Shown piece after piece: positions 42,201 to 49,885 of a DNA stretch of 64,000 nucleotides. How positions within the stretch are numbered: position 1 is the stretch's first letter; every line of letters begins with the position of its first letter. Where the stretch lies: NCBI GenBank assembly GCA_028280575.1, contig JANQLN010000038.1, positions 11,267-75,266 on the forward strand, in the 5' to 3' direction. The notes under the pieces were generated by a model. That model had not been told where the DNA came from and made no database searches. It was given only the letters and a program-made list of their open reading frames with translations. This DNA comes from Clostridia bacterium (GTDB lineage Bacteria; Bacillota; Clostridia; Acetivibrionales; STF1-152). The position numbers and the translations under genes are program-made.

Positions 42201-42360
42201 CCGCATCCTTGACAGCAAAACATTCGGAAGATATACAGCTTGCTCCTGCACATACCAATAAAGTGTATTTATTTGACGACTGCCTTTTAACATACGCGCT
42301 GCCAATACTCACAAGATCTTCAGCAGATTTGATTCTTGTAGACCCACTCATAATACTCAC
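39247..42360 (-). CDS. NuoF-like flavoprotein fused to a GltD-like NAD(P)H-dependent FAD oxidoreductase
   Basis: 2Fe-2S N-terminus, GLRGRGGGGFPAG, ESCGKCVPCRLG, then the GltD-type region CGRVCTHPCESKCRR, VIGAGPSGLTCGYYLARLG and VVVIGGGNTAIDAARSA. Confidence 0.9.
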   Translation of the reverse strand: MSIMSGSTRIKSAEDLVSIGSAYVKRQSSNKYTLLVCAGASCISSECFAVKDAVSDALEKFDLCNKVELIETGCMGTCDIGPVMLVMPDGVFYTKLGPEDMEDIVESHVKNGEMKLEKTYYNSKKDEFIPYLKDIDYFKDQVKIALRNCGSIDHSSLEAYIANNGYVAAAKALIGMTPEEVIEEIKKSGLRGRGGGGFPAGIKLEAGLKAESDEKYLVCNADEGDPGAFMDRSILEGDPNNIIEGMLISAYAIGASKGYVYVRAEYPLAVERLDNAILEARESGLLGKNIFDSGFDFDLEIRIGAGAFVCGEETALMASIEGERGEPSQKPPFPFEAGLFDKPTIICNVETFANIAPIVEKSSGWFAGYGTDKSKGTKVFALAGDINNTGIVEVPMGKSLGDIIFDIGGGIPKKKEFKAAQTGGPSGGCITSEYLNTPVDYDSLKKLGAIMGSGGLISMDEDTCMVDMARYFMEFVQEESCGKCVPCRLGTKRMLEILERITQGEGKEGDIELLEELGLMIKETAMCGLGQTAPNPVLSMIKNFRDEYEEHIKNKYCRAGVCADLFISPCENACPAGVNVPGYIALIAAGRLKEAYNLIRKENPFPAVCGRVCTHPCESKCRRAQLDEPISIADLKRYVADYVMKYEDEQPYIDLVFPKRGKSVGVIGAGPSGLTCGYYLARLGYDVDVYESQPVAGGTLAFGIPEYRLPENILKHEIKLIEQVGVKIHLNTEVGSDISFYQLIDKHDVVYISTGTQFSNKVNIPGEDLKGIYHGLDFLKDVNLERYIKIGQKVVVIGGGNTAIDAARSALRLGAGEVTILYRRTIEDMPADEREVKDAIKEGINVIPLVAPVKFFGEGHVEGIECVHMELKEFDSSGRRKPKPVKGSEFIVEADMVIPAVSQYSDLPFINKEELEITQWGTFVTDKDTMMTKMKGVFAGGDVVRGSDAAITAIADGKEAARKIDVYLGGKGILNTGEDIEIPKAAEEKEIVEHERFPMKFLDPELRKDNFEEVAVGFHKLNAIAESMRCLRCDRRS

Positions 42361-42504
42361 CCCATTGTTATTAAATATTTTCTGTAAATAGTTAAATTTT
42401 TAACATATAATCTACGATACCTGATTTTAAGACTATAGGCATTTGCACTTGCAAAAACTGCCCTGCCGAATCCCGGCGGCAATACAATATTTATATGCCC
42501 TAAA

Positions 42505-43005
42505 TTAATAATACTTTTCCACAATATCCTGAAGCTTGTCGGGATTAACCTGCTTATACACCTTGTCATTGATTGTCATAGCCGGGGCAAGTCCGCACGC
42601 GCCTATACACCTCATAACTTCAAGAGTGAATTTGCGATCCTGGGTTGTGTCTCCTACGTCAATTCCCAGCAGTTCCCTCAATTTGTCAACAATTTTCTTA
42701 CCGCCGCGAACATAACAGGCAGTTCCCAAGCATACCCTTATGGTATTTTCACCCCTGGGTTTAGTGGAAAAGAAAGAATAAAAGGTTACTACACCATATA
42801 CCTTGGATAAGGGTACATCAAGCTTTTGGGCTATAAACTGCTGAAGCTCCATAGGCAGATACCCATATATGCCCTGTGCAATATGGAGTATTTGAATCAG
42901 GCTTCCTTCCCTGTCCCTGTACTCCTCTATGACCTTTTCAATACGATCATACTTTTCCCGGTCACTTTCCTTTACGCAGCTGCACTGCTTAACTTGAGTG
43001 TTCAT
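42505..43005 (-). CDS. NuoE-like [2Fe-2S] subunit, paralog 2
   Basis: Start at MNTQVKQ after GGAGG. VCLGTACYVRG...CIGACGLAP. Confidence 0.85.
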   Translation of the reverse strand: MNTQVKQCSCVKESDREKYDRIEKVIEEYRDREGSLIQILHIAQGIYGYLPMELQQFIAQKLDVPLSKVYGVVTFYSFFSTKPRGENTIRVCLGTACYVRGGKKIVDKLRELLGIDVGDTTQDRKFTLEVMRCIGACGLAPAMTINDKVYKQVNPDKLQDIVEKYY

Positions 43006-43436
43006 GAAAACCTCCTTGTACAGATGAATTAGCTTTGCCATTTTTTTAACAATGTTTTACAGCGGGAAAATTTTATTTTAAAATGTTTTAAATCAGCAGC
43101 TTGAGTGCCGTACCAACTGGAACGACACTATAATAACGGACCCGCGCAGCTAAAAGCATTGCCGATTGATTTAAAACTCAGCTTTTAAAGTTTTTTTACG
43201 CTGTATTACTATTCCATGTTGCAATTAACCAAAACAGTATGGATTTTTTATTGTTAAAAAAATAACATTGTATTAAGTTAAAAACATTATAACATTTGAT
43301 AATATGTTTTGCAAGCTGTTTAAGGCAAGTTTTGCGTTAAATTGTTTTTAATTTTAAACAACATAGTTGTTATAAATAGTTTTTTTCGCCGTATTGCTGT
43401 TAAATATGCCATAATCCGAAAAGAGTTTTTATCATA

Positions 43437-43471
43437 AATTTAGAGCAGGTAATATTTACCTGCTCTAAATT
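43437..43471 (-). terminator. perfect 15-bp hairpin downstream of the Cys-rich ORF
   Basis: AATTTAGAGCAGGTA-ATATT-TACCTGCTCTAAATT. Confidence 0.5.
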
Positions 43472-43515
43472 TCAAAATTTTATTTGTCAGTGCTGTGTGA
43501 AATCTACATTATCTT

Positions 43516-43656
43516 TTAATTTTTGTTTGCTATTCTTCTCATGCAGCTCACCAAAGTGCCCGTAGAACAGTGATAGTTTATACATTCGCAGCACTTCCCA
43601 TGCCTTATGCAGCTTGTGCTTGCACATGTGCAGTTCTTTTCATTACAGTTTGCCAT
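43516..43656 (-). CDS. 46-aa cysteine-rich small protein (9 Cys, 2 His)
   Basis: MANCNEKNCTCASTSCIRHGKCCECINYHCSTGTLVSCMRRIANKN, with RBS AAGGGGG 8 nt upstream of the ATG. Confidence 0.55.
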   Translation of the reverse strand: MANCNEKNCTCASTSCIRHGKCCECINYHCSTGTLVSCMRRIANKN

Positions 43657-43800
43657 AATACAATCCCCCTTGTTTTTAATCACACTCAATATAATACATG
43701 CCAAAGTACTTCCATGCAAGCCTGATATGCTTTTTCAGAATATAAAAAGAGGAAACAGCTTTTCGTTTCCCCTTTTTACAAAGTTTGACTTTTAATTAAT

Positions 43801-45537
43801 TCACTGTGCCCTTTTAATACTCCTATCCCTGTAGTGGGTGTGGAGCAATTTATGAGATTTTTCCCCAAGGGGCTCTATTAGGTATTCCTCATACAAAGCT
43901 TTTACCGCAGGGCTTTCATGGGATTTTCTTATAGGGAGGTCCGTATCTGCCTGGTATGTGGCCTGAATTCTTTTCATCCTCAGTTCATTGGTAGTTTCAT
44001 AAGGCTGCCCTCCTCCTCCAATACATCCCCCGGGACAGCACATCACTTCAATAAAGTGATAGTCAGCCTTTCCTGACCTTATAAGCTCCATAATCCTTCT
44101 GGCATTAGACAGCGAGTGTGCTACTGCCACTTTGACAGTCAGGCCTTTCAGATCAACTTCCGCTTCCTTTATCCCCTCAAGCCCTCTTATAGTGTGAAAT
44201 TCCATTCTTTTAAGATTCTTACCTGTAACAACCTCGTAAACAGTCCTTAAAGCTGCTTCCATTACTCCTCCGCTCGCTCCGAATATCACGCCTGCACCTG
44301 TAGTTATGCCAAATGGGTCATCATACTTTTCTTCAGGCAGCTTATCAAAATCAATACCCGCCTGTTTAAGCATCCTCCCAAGCTCCCTTGTTGTAAGAAC
44401 GGCATCCACATCCCTGTGCACTCCGTCTACGCTCATCTCTTCTCTTAAGGCTTCATATTTCTTTGCCGTACATGGCATTATTGATACAACAAACAAATCC
44501 TCAGGCTTCAAATTCATTTTATCAAGATAATAGCTTTTGGCAAGTGCGCCAAACATCTGCTGGGGAGATTTACAAGTAGAGACATGGTCTAAAAGCTCGG
44601 GATAATATTGTTCAATAAAATTTACCCACCCGGGACTGCAGGATGTTATCATGGGCAGCACTCCTCCGTTTTTAATCCTGGAAAGCAGCTCATTGCCTTC
44701 TTCAACAATAGTTAAGTCTGCGGTGAAATCAGTGTCAAAAACCTTGTCAAACCCCAGTCTTCTAAGGGCGCAAACAAGCTTGCCCGTTACAATGCTCCCC
44801 GGTTCCATGCCAAATTCTTCTCCGATAGACACCCTTACGGCAGGAGCAGTTTGTACAATAACATGCTTGCCCGGGTCGTTGACAGCCTCCCATACTTTTT
44901 CAATCTCTTCCTTTTCATATATAGCGGCCACCGGACATACGGTTGAACACTGCCCGCAGCAGGTACATGCTACATCAGACAAATATCTGCCGAATGTGGG
45001 CAAAACCTCTATTTCACCGCTTCTCCCAATTTTTTCAATAATATTGACTCCTTGAATTTCGTTGCATATTTCTACACATCTTCCGCATTTGACACATTTA
45101 TTAGGATTCCTTACAATGGACGGGCTGCTGATGTCTACTTCCTGCATTTCAAGTACATTTTCAAAACGGTTTATCCTGACACCTGCCTGATTCGCAATTT
45201 TCTGGAGTTCACAGTTCAAATTTCTATGGCACATAAGGCAGTCTGCATCATGGTTTGCAAGAAGCAATTCTATTATTACTTTTCTTGCTTCCAAAACCCT
45301 TCTGGAGTTAGTCCATAGGGCCATACCTTCCTCTACTTCAGTTGAGCAGGAACTGGGAAGCTCCTTTCTGCCTTCCACCTCTACAATACATACTCTGCAG
45401 TTTGCTTTAACAAATTGGTCCGGGTGATAACACAGGGTTGGAATTTCAATTCCCGCTTCCCTTGCGGCATTTAAAATAGAGGTTCCCTTAAGCACCGATA
45501 CCTGTTTACCATTTATAGTCAAATTAACTCTGTTCAT
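43801..45537 (-). CDS. hydA: [FeFe]-hydrogenase catalytic subunit, paralog 3
   Basis: TSCSPGW, MPCTAKKYE and EVMCCPGGCIGGGGQP. Confidence 0.9.
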   Translation of the reverse strand: MNRVNLTINGKQVSVLKGTSILNAAREAGIEIPTLCYHPDQFVKANCRVCIVEVEGRKELPSSCSTEVEEGMALWTNSRRVLEARKVIIELLLANHDADCLMCHRNLNCELQKIANQAGVRINRFENVLEMQEVDISSPSIVRNPNKCVKCGRCVEICNEIQGVNIIEKIGRSGEIEVLPTFGRYLSDVACTCCGQCSTVCPVAAIYEKEEIEKVWEAVNDPGKHVIVQTAPAVRVSIGEEFGMEPGSIVTGKLVCALRRLGFDKVFDTDFTADLTIVEEGNELLSRIKNGGVLPMITSCSPGWVNFIEQYYPELLDHVSTCKSPQQMFGALAKSYYLDKMNLKPEDLFVVSIMPCTAKKYEALREEMSVDGVHRDVDAVLTTRELGRMLKQAGIDFDKLPEEKYDDPFGITTGAGVIFGASGGVMEAALRTVYEVVTGKNLKRMEFHTIRGLEGIKEAEVDLKGLTVKVAVAHSLSNARRIMELIRSGKADYHFIEVMCCPGGCIGGGGQPYETTNELRMKRIQATYQADTDLPIRKSHESPAVKALYEEYLIEPLGEKSHKLLHTHYRDRSIKRAQ

Positions 45538-45548
45538 TATACTCCCTC

Positions 45549-46841
45549 CTATACGGCTTTTAATATAACGCCGGGCTTTTTAATCCTGGATGTATACTCA
45601 TGTGCGAAATATTCCATAGTAGTAAATAGAGCCGTAGGAGCAGCCTGGCCTAATCCACAGAATGCAGTTTCAGACATAACATTGCTTAATGTCCTCAAGA
45701 GCTTTAAATCATTTTGTGTAGCCGAATTACTACCGAATTTATAAAGTATTCTGAGTATCTGCCTTATTCCTTCACGGCAAGGTGTACATTTACCACAGGA
45801 TTCATGCTTAAAAAACTTCATGATAAGTCTTAGTATTTCTATAACATCATACCTTTCATCTATAACAATTACGGCACCTGAACCTATTGTCAGGTTATTT
45901 TCTGAAAGCCTGTCATAGTCAAGCTCCAAATCGAGCATGGTTTCCGGGATTAATGGTCCGGATGCTCCTCCGAGCTGTACCATTTTTATTTTTCTCCCTC
46001 CGGGAACACCTCCGCCAATATCATAAACAATTTGTTTTAAAGTAATTCCAAATTCTACTTCATAGACACCTCTTTTAAGCACATTGCCTGATAAGCTTAT
46101 AAGCCTCGTTCCGCTTGAGCTCTTTGTTCCTATTCCCTTAAAGCTCTCGGCCCCCTCAAGTATAATAAAGGGTATGTTGGAAAAAGTCTCTACATTGTTT
46201 ATTTGTGTCGGTTTGTTGTATATACCGGATATTGTAGGATAAGGAGGCTTATTCCTTGGCCGGCCCGCCTTTCCCTCCAGGGATTCAACCAGTGCAAATT
46301 CCTCCCCGCAAATATATGAACCCGCCCCTGAGCGCACTTCAATATCAAAACTAAAATCTTTTTTTAAAATTCCCTTTCCCAAAAATCCTTTGCCCCTTGC
46401 ATGCTTAATAGCCTTTTTAAGTATTCTTATCGGTTCTATGTATTCTCCCCTGATATAAATATAACCTTTTTCCATTCCCATGGCATAGGCACATATAATC
46501 ATTCCTTCTAACAACTGGTGGGGATCATTTTCCATAAGAAATTTATCCTTAAAATTCCCGGGTTCACCTTCGTCGGCATTACACACCAGGTATTTAGGGA
46601 ACACTTCGGTTTTAAGCACGGCCTCCATTTTAATCCCTGTTGGAAAGCCTGCCCCGCCCCTTCCTCTTAAAGCCGAAGCCTTGACTTCATCCACTACCTG
46701 TTGGGGTTCCATCGTAACAGCCTTTTTTAAAGCCTCATATCCTCCTGCATTTACATAAGATTCTATTGATTCAGGATTAATTTTTTCACATCTTTTTGTT
46801 AGTACAATATTCTTTAAAAATCTATTCTCTGCACTCATCAT
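45549..46841 (-). CDS. NuoF-like flavoprotein subunit, minimal form (no extra Fe-S domains)
   Basis: ALRGRGGAGFPTG and ESCGKCTPCREG. 430 aa. Confidence 0.9.
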   Translation of the reverse strand: MMSAENRFLKNIVLTKRCEKINPESIESYVNAGGYEALKKAVTMEPQQVVDEVKASALRGRGGAGFPTGIKMEAVLKTEVFPKYLVCNADEGEPGNFKDKFLMENDPHQLLEGMIICAYAMGMEKGYIYIRGEYIEPIRILKKAIKHARGKGFLGKGILKKDFSFDIEVRSGAGSYICGEEFALVESLEGKAGRPRNKPPYPTISGIYNKPTQINNVETFSNIPFIILEGAESFKGIGTKSSSGTRLISLSGNVLKRGVYEVEFGITLKQIVYDIGGGVPGGRKIKMVQLGGASGPLIPETMLDLELDYDRLSENNLTIGSGAVIVIDERYDVIEILRLIMKFFKHESCGKCTPCREGIRQILRILYKFGSNSATQNDLKLLRTLSNVMSETAFCGLGQAAPTALFTTMEYFAHEYTSRIKKPGVILKAV

Positions 46842-47295
46842 ATTCCCTCCTATAAAAAGAAATAATTTCAGATATCTTTTCAGGGGTCAAATCACCATGA
46901 ATACTTTCGCCTACCCTGATTGCGGGTGATTTGTCACAGCACCCTAAACAACTGGTTTTTTCAAGAGTGAAAATACCATCCCGCGTAGTATCCCCCATTT
47001 TTATTTTTAAAACATCCTCCAGTTCCTCGATAATACTAAATGAACCGTTAACATGACAGGGCACGTCATTACAAACTTGTATGACATATTTACCCCGTGG
47101 TTCTTTGGAAAACAGCGAATAAAAGGTAATGACACTGTAAACCCTGTTTTCCGACAACCCAAGCTCCCTTGCCACATGGCTAATCTCATCCTCGTTTATG
47201 CTGTTGTTGTCTTTTTGAGCTTGATACTCCAGCAAAATGTGGATAAGATTTTCAGGAAGCCTGCCATGCTTTTCAATTACATTTTGCAGCTTCAT
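46822..47295 (-). CDS. NuoE-like [2Fe-2S] subunit, paralog 3
   Basis: Start at MKLQNV after GGGAGG. VCNDVPCHVNG...CLGCCDKSP. Confidence 0.85.
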   Translation of the reverse strand: MKLQNVIEKHGRLPENLIHILLEYQAQKDNNSINEDEISHVARELGLSENRVYSVITFYSLFSKEPRGKYVIQVCNDVPCHVNGSFSIIEELEDVLKIKMGDTTRDGIFTLEKTSCLGCCDKSPAIRVGESIHGDLTPEKISEIISFYRREYDECRE

Positions 47296-47690
47296 AAAAA
47301 TGCCTCCCGTCTGATAAAATAAATTTATTTCCAAATAACTATATGGAACATTTTTAATTCTTGCAATATGGCTTTTGAAATAAGCAAAGCTTCCAAAATC
47401 CGTACTATATAGAATTATTACTTTAATATACTTTGTCTTTAGCGCTGCTGGAATTTCTTATTTGCTTTTGTTTTTTCAAGCATAGATAGTTATCAGTGAG
47501 ATTAAGCTGATTATAAAGTCCACAAAGATGTGCTCCAAGCAGAAAAGTTTGTTAAATTTTTATTTAAGTTATAAATATTATATCATATTTTTAGAGCTAT
47601 ATCAAGCCGTTAGAAGCATTTTGCATATGCTATTGCTCCAAATAACTTATTAACCCTATCATTATTCCTTACATATAAAAGTCATTTTGC

Positions 47691-47770
47691 GGGGTTGCAC
47701 ACCCGATGAATCGGGGAATGCCTGACCGGCAGTCAAGAGGTCAGGGGTTCAAGTCACCTTAGCTCCGCCA
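47691..47770 (+). ncRNA. tRNA-like element (degenerate tRNA or unknown structured RNA)
   Basis: 7-bp acceptor GGGGTTG/TAGCTCC, G73 and CCA. T arm AGGGG-TTCAAGT-CACCT with one mismatch. D arm CCCGA-TGAA-TCGGG (long stem, 4-nt loop). No canonical anticodon arm; instead a perfect 7-bp stem CCTGACC/GGTCAGG with an 11-nt loop competes with the T stem. Confidence 0.4.
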
Positions 47771-47781
47771 CAAAACACATA

Positions 47782-47807
47782 AACCACAAGGCTTTCGCCT
47801 TGCGGTT
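47782..47807 (+). terminator. hairpin after the tRNA-like element
   Basis: AACCACAAGGC-TTTC-GCCTTGCGGTT (10 of 11 bp). The T tract is weak. Confidence 0.35.
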
Positions 47808-47853
47808 ATTGATATCCAATTTTTAATAAAATACAATATGTATCACAAGAGAG

Positions 47854-48099
47854 GTGTTTAATATGATGAATACTCATGTCAGACCTGTGCGTGATTTAAA
47901 AAATAAGTATCCTGAATTAGCTGATATTATTAGGAATCTTGACCATGTAATTATTACAAATAACGGGAAAAGCGAGTCTGTACTTATCGGCTTTGAGGAG
48001 TTCAAAAAATACGAAGAGTTTTGCACCTACCGGGGAAATTACGTAATAAATATGAGCTATGAAATTTTCTGGCACATTATCTGCTTTATTTCAGCTTAA
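47854..48099 (+). CDS. Phd/YefM-family antitoxin with an aberrant C-terminus; no toxin partner
   Basis: VRPVRDLKNKYPELADIIRNLDHVIITNNGKSESVLIGFEEFKKYEEF, then unrelated hydrophobic residues. The 3' end overlaps the convergent GH43 gene. Confidence 0.55.
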   Translation: MFNMMNTHVRPVRDLKNKYPELADIIRNLDHVIITNNGKSESVLIGFEEFKKYEEFCTYRGNYVINMSYEIFWHIICFISA

Positions 48100-49837
48100 C
48101 CCCTTCTATTTTCATAACTTCACCTTTAGTAATGCCATTTTCATTAAAGGATTCTATTGCAATATAGTATTCTACACCGCTATTCAGACAATTTAAATCC
48201 AGCTCTGTTTGTTCATATAAAAGCCAGCTTGAATATAGTTTATTCTTAGAAATTCCCCATTTGACATTATACCCTGCAGCATTATCAACTTTTTCCCACG
48301 ATAACTTTGCCGATGTTTTGCTAGTCATAACCGCTTTTACACCTTTAGTTATATTAGGTTTTTTGCCATTACCTCTACCAAACACACGTAATCCTGATAA
48401 CGCAGCATTGCCCCCGTATGGCATTAGATAGCTAGTAAGACGGACATATCTAATGCAAGCCGGGTTATCTAAAATAATAAAATCATGAGGAACATCAGAT
48501 TTATTTGTAGTTTTGTCAATGAGTGTCTTCCAATGATGTCCATCTAGCGATCCCTCAATAATATACTTATGATTTACTGCTTTATCATCTATTGCTCGTT
48601 TTGAAATCAGTAAGTTTCCGCCATATACAAAATTTTTGTTTTCATCTGGATAACAATTAATCTCAGTAAAATTAATCTGGAGTGCATTAACTGTGCTCTC
48701 ATTTCCTAGGTCAATTTCTATCCATGGATTTATATCATTATCTTTTGCTGACCAAAATGTACGAATACTCTCATCTACAGCATTCTCTTTTTTATAGTTA
48801 TCTAATTCAGAGGATACTTTAACGTCTTTTCTAAATGATAGTAGCATCCATCCTCTCAATGCATCTTTCCACGGATTCCAATTGTAATCTGGTATATTTG
48901 TTGGATAATCTGCAAAATTCGTATTACAAAATAAGATACCATCTTCATCAAACCCAGCTGGAAATAATCCAATCCTTCGTTCAAACATATGATTAATTGA
49001 AATCCTCATAGTTGAAGCGTGCCATAGGTTCCCATATTTGTCTTCAAAAGTACTTCCATGCCCTGCTCCCTGTATAAAACCACCTGGTTTATAAGAAAAA
49101 GGATTATGCTTTGCGTATTCATAAGGTCCTAACGGAGATTCACCTACAAATACTCCATCACCATATACATTGTGCTGTGTACCAGGGGCTGAGTACTGTA
49201 AATAATACTTTCGCTTATGCTTCGTCATCCATGCTCCTTCAATGAAAGGATCATTTCCTAGCAATACTTCTAATAAGGATTTTCTTTTACGTATTACATT
49301 ATTTTCTCCATTAATTTCCCACCCCCTACATTCTGTATCACTGTTAATTAAAGGGACTTTTTCTCCTATAGGCCTCATGGTTTTCTTATTCATTTCAGTT
49401 CCATTAATTGGAGTTGCATTAGAGCAACCCCAATATAAGTATACACGACCATCATCATCCTGAAATAAATTTGGATCCCAAAATGCAAACGGCTCTGATA
49501 TCTTTTCCCATTTTCCTTCTATAGGATCTTCGCTTCTGTAAATTGGACAGTTTTTTATTCGACGAGAAGCACAGAAATACATTGCATTATCAACAACTCT
49601 AATATCAGGAGCATAATCAGTTGCTGGTAATTCAGGTGAACTATGATATTCCCATGATTGCAAATCTTGAGACACCCAAAAACCTGCGGACATAGAGGCA
49701 AATAGCCAGTATTTATCCTTGTATAACACAATAGAAGGGTCTGCTGCTTCTCTATGCATTGTCTTCCTGTTTTTATATTTTTGAAACTTGTATGGTAAGT
49801 TAATAGGATTGCAGTACATCTTATTTTTATTACTCAC
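48086..49837 (-). CDS. GH43-like glycoside hydrolase with F5/8-type-C (discoidin) and Fn3 domains
   Basis: Five-bladed-propeller-type motifs (ADPSIVLYKDKYWLF, DPFIEGAWM), FWSAKDNDINPWIEIDLG and an Fn3-like C-terminus. The family call comes from motif recollection. Confidence 0.7.
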   Translation of the reverse strand: MSNKNKMYCNPINLPYKFQKYKNRKTMHREAADPSIVLYKDKYWLFASMSAGFWVSQDLQSWEYHSSPELPATDYAPDIRVVDNAMYFCASRRIKNCPIYRSEDPIEGKWEKISEPFAFWDPNLFQDDDGRVYLYWGCSNATPINGTEMNKKTMRPIGEKVPLINSDTECRGWEINGENNVIRKRKSLLEVLLGNDPFIEGAWMTKHKRKYYLQYSAPGTQHNVYGDGVFVGESPLGPYEYAKHNPFSYKPGGFIQGAGHGSTFEDKYGNLWHASTMRISINHMFERRIGLFPAGFDEDGILFCNTNFADYPTNIPDYNWNPWKDALRGWMLLSFRKDVKVSSELDNYKKENAVDESIRTFWSAKDNDINPWIEIDLGNESTVNALQINFTEINCYPDENKNFVYGGNLLISKRAIDDKAVNHKYIIEGSLDGHHWKTLIDKTTNKSDVPHDFIILDNPACIRYVRLTSYLMPYGGNAALSGLRVFGRGNGKKPNITKGVKAVMTSKTSAKLSWEKVDNAAGYNVKWGISKNKLYSSWLLYEQTELDLNCLNSGVEYYIAIESFNENGITKGEVMKIEGVKLK

Positions 49838-49885
49838 TGATATTTCTCCTTGCTGTTTAAATTCTTCATAATTCTACAAACTAAT

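Noticed and set aside
42357-42569. 70-aa minus-strand ORF in the 145-nt gap between NuoE paralog 2 and the NuoF-GltD gene
   Set aside because: It overlaps the 3' end of the NuoE gene in another frame, has no RBS and an implausible composition. The gap is more likely an intercistronic spacer.
43251-43268. Second Rex-like site TTGTTAAAAAAATAACAT upstream of hydrogenase operon 2
   Set aside because: Only one half-site is good, and the region is very AT-rich so chance matches are likely. It is mentioned under the Rex finding but not annotated as a feature.
47701-47745. Possible fluoride (crcB-motif) or other small riboswitch because of the CCCGATGAATCGGG..GCC..GGC pattern
   Set aside because: The 3' tail cannot form the required pseudoknot with the first loop. 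The downstream gene is a truncated antitoxin rather than a transporter.
47691-47770. Interpretation as a genuine selenocysteine tRNA (selC)
   Set aside because: A UCA triplet exists in the central loop but is not preceded by U33. The arm lengths do not give an 8/5 or 9/4 Sec fold. The element is only ~80 nt with no long variable arm. No selenoprotein, selA or selB genes are in the window.
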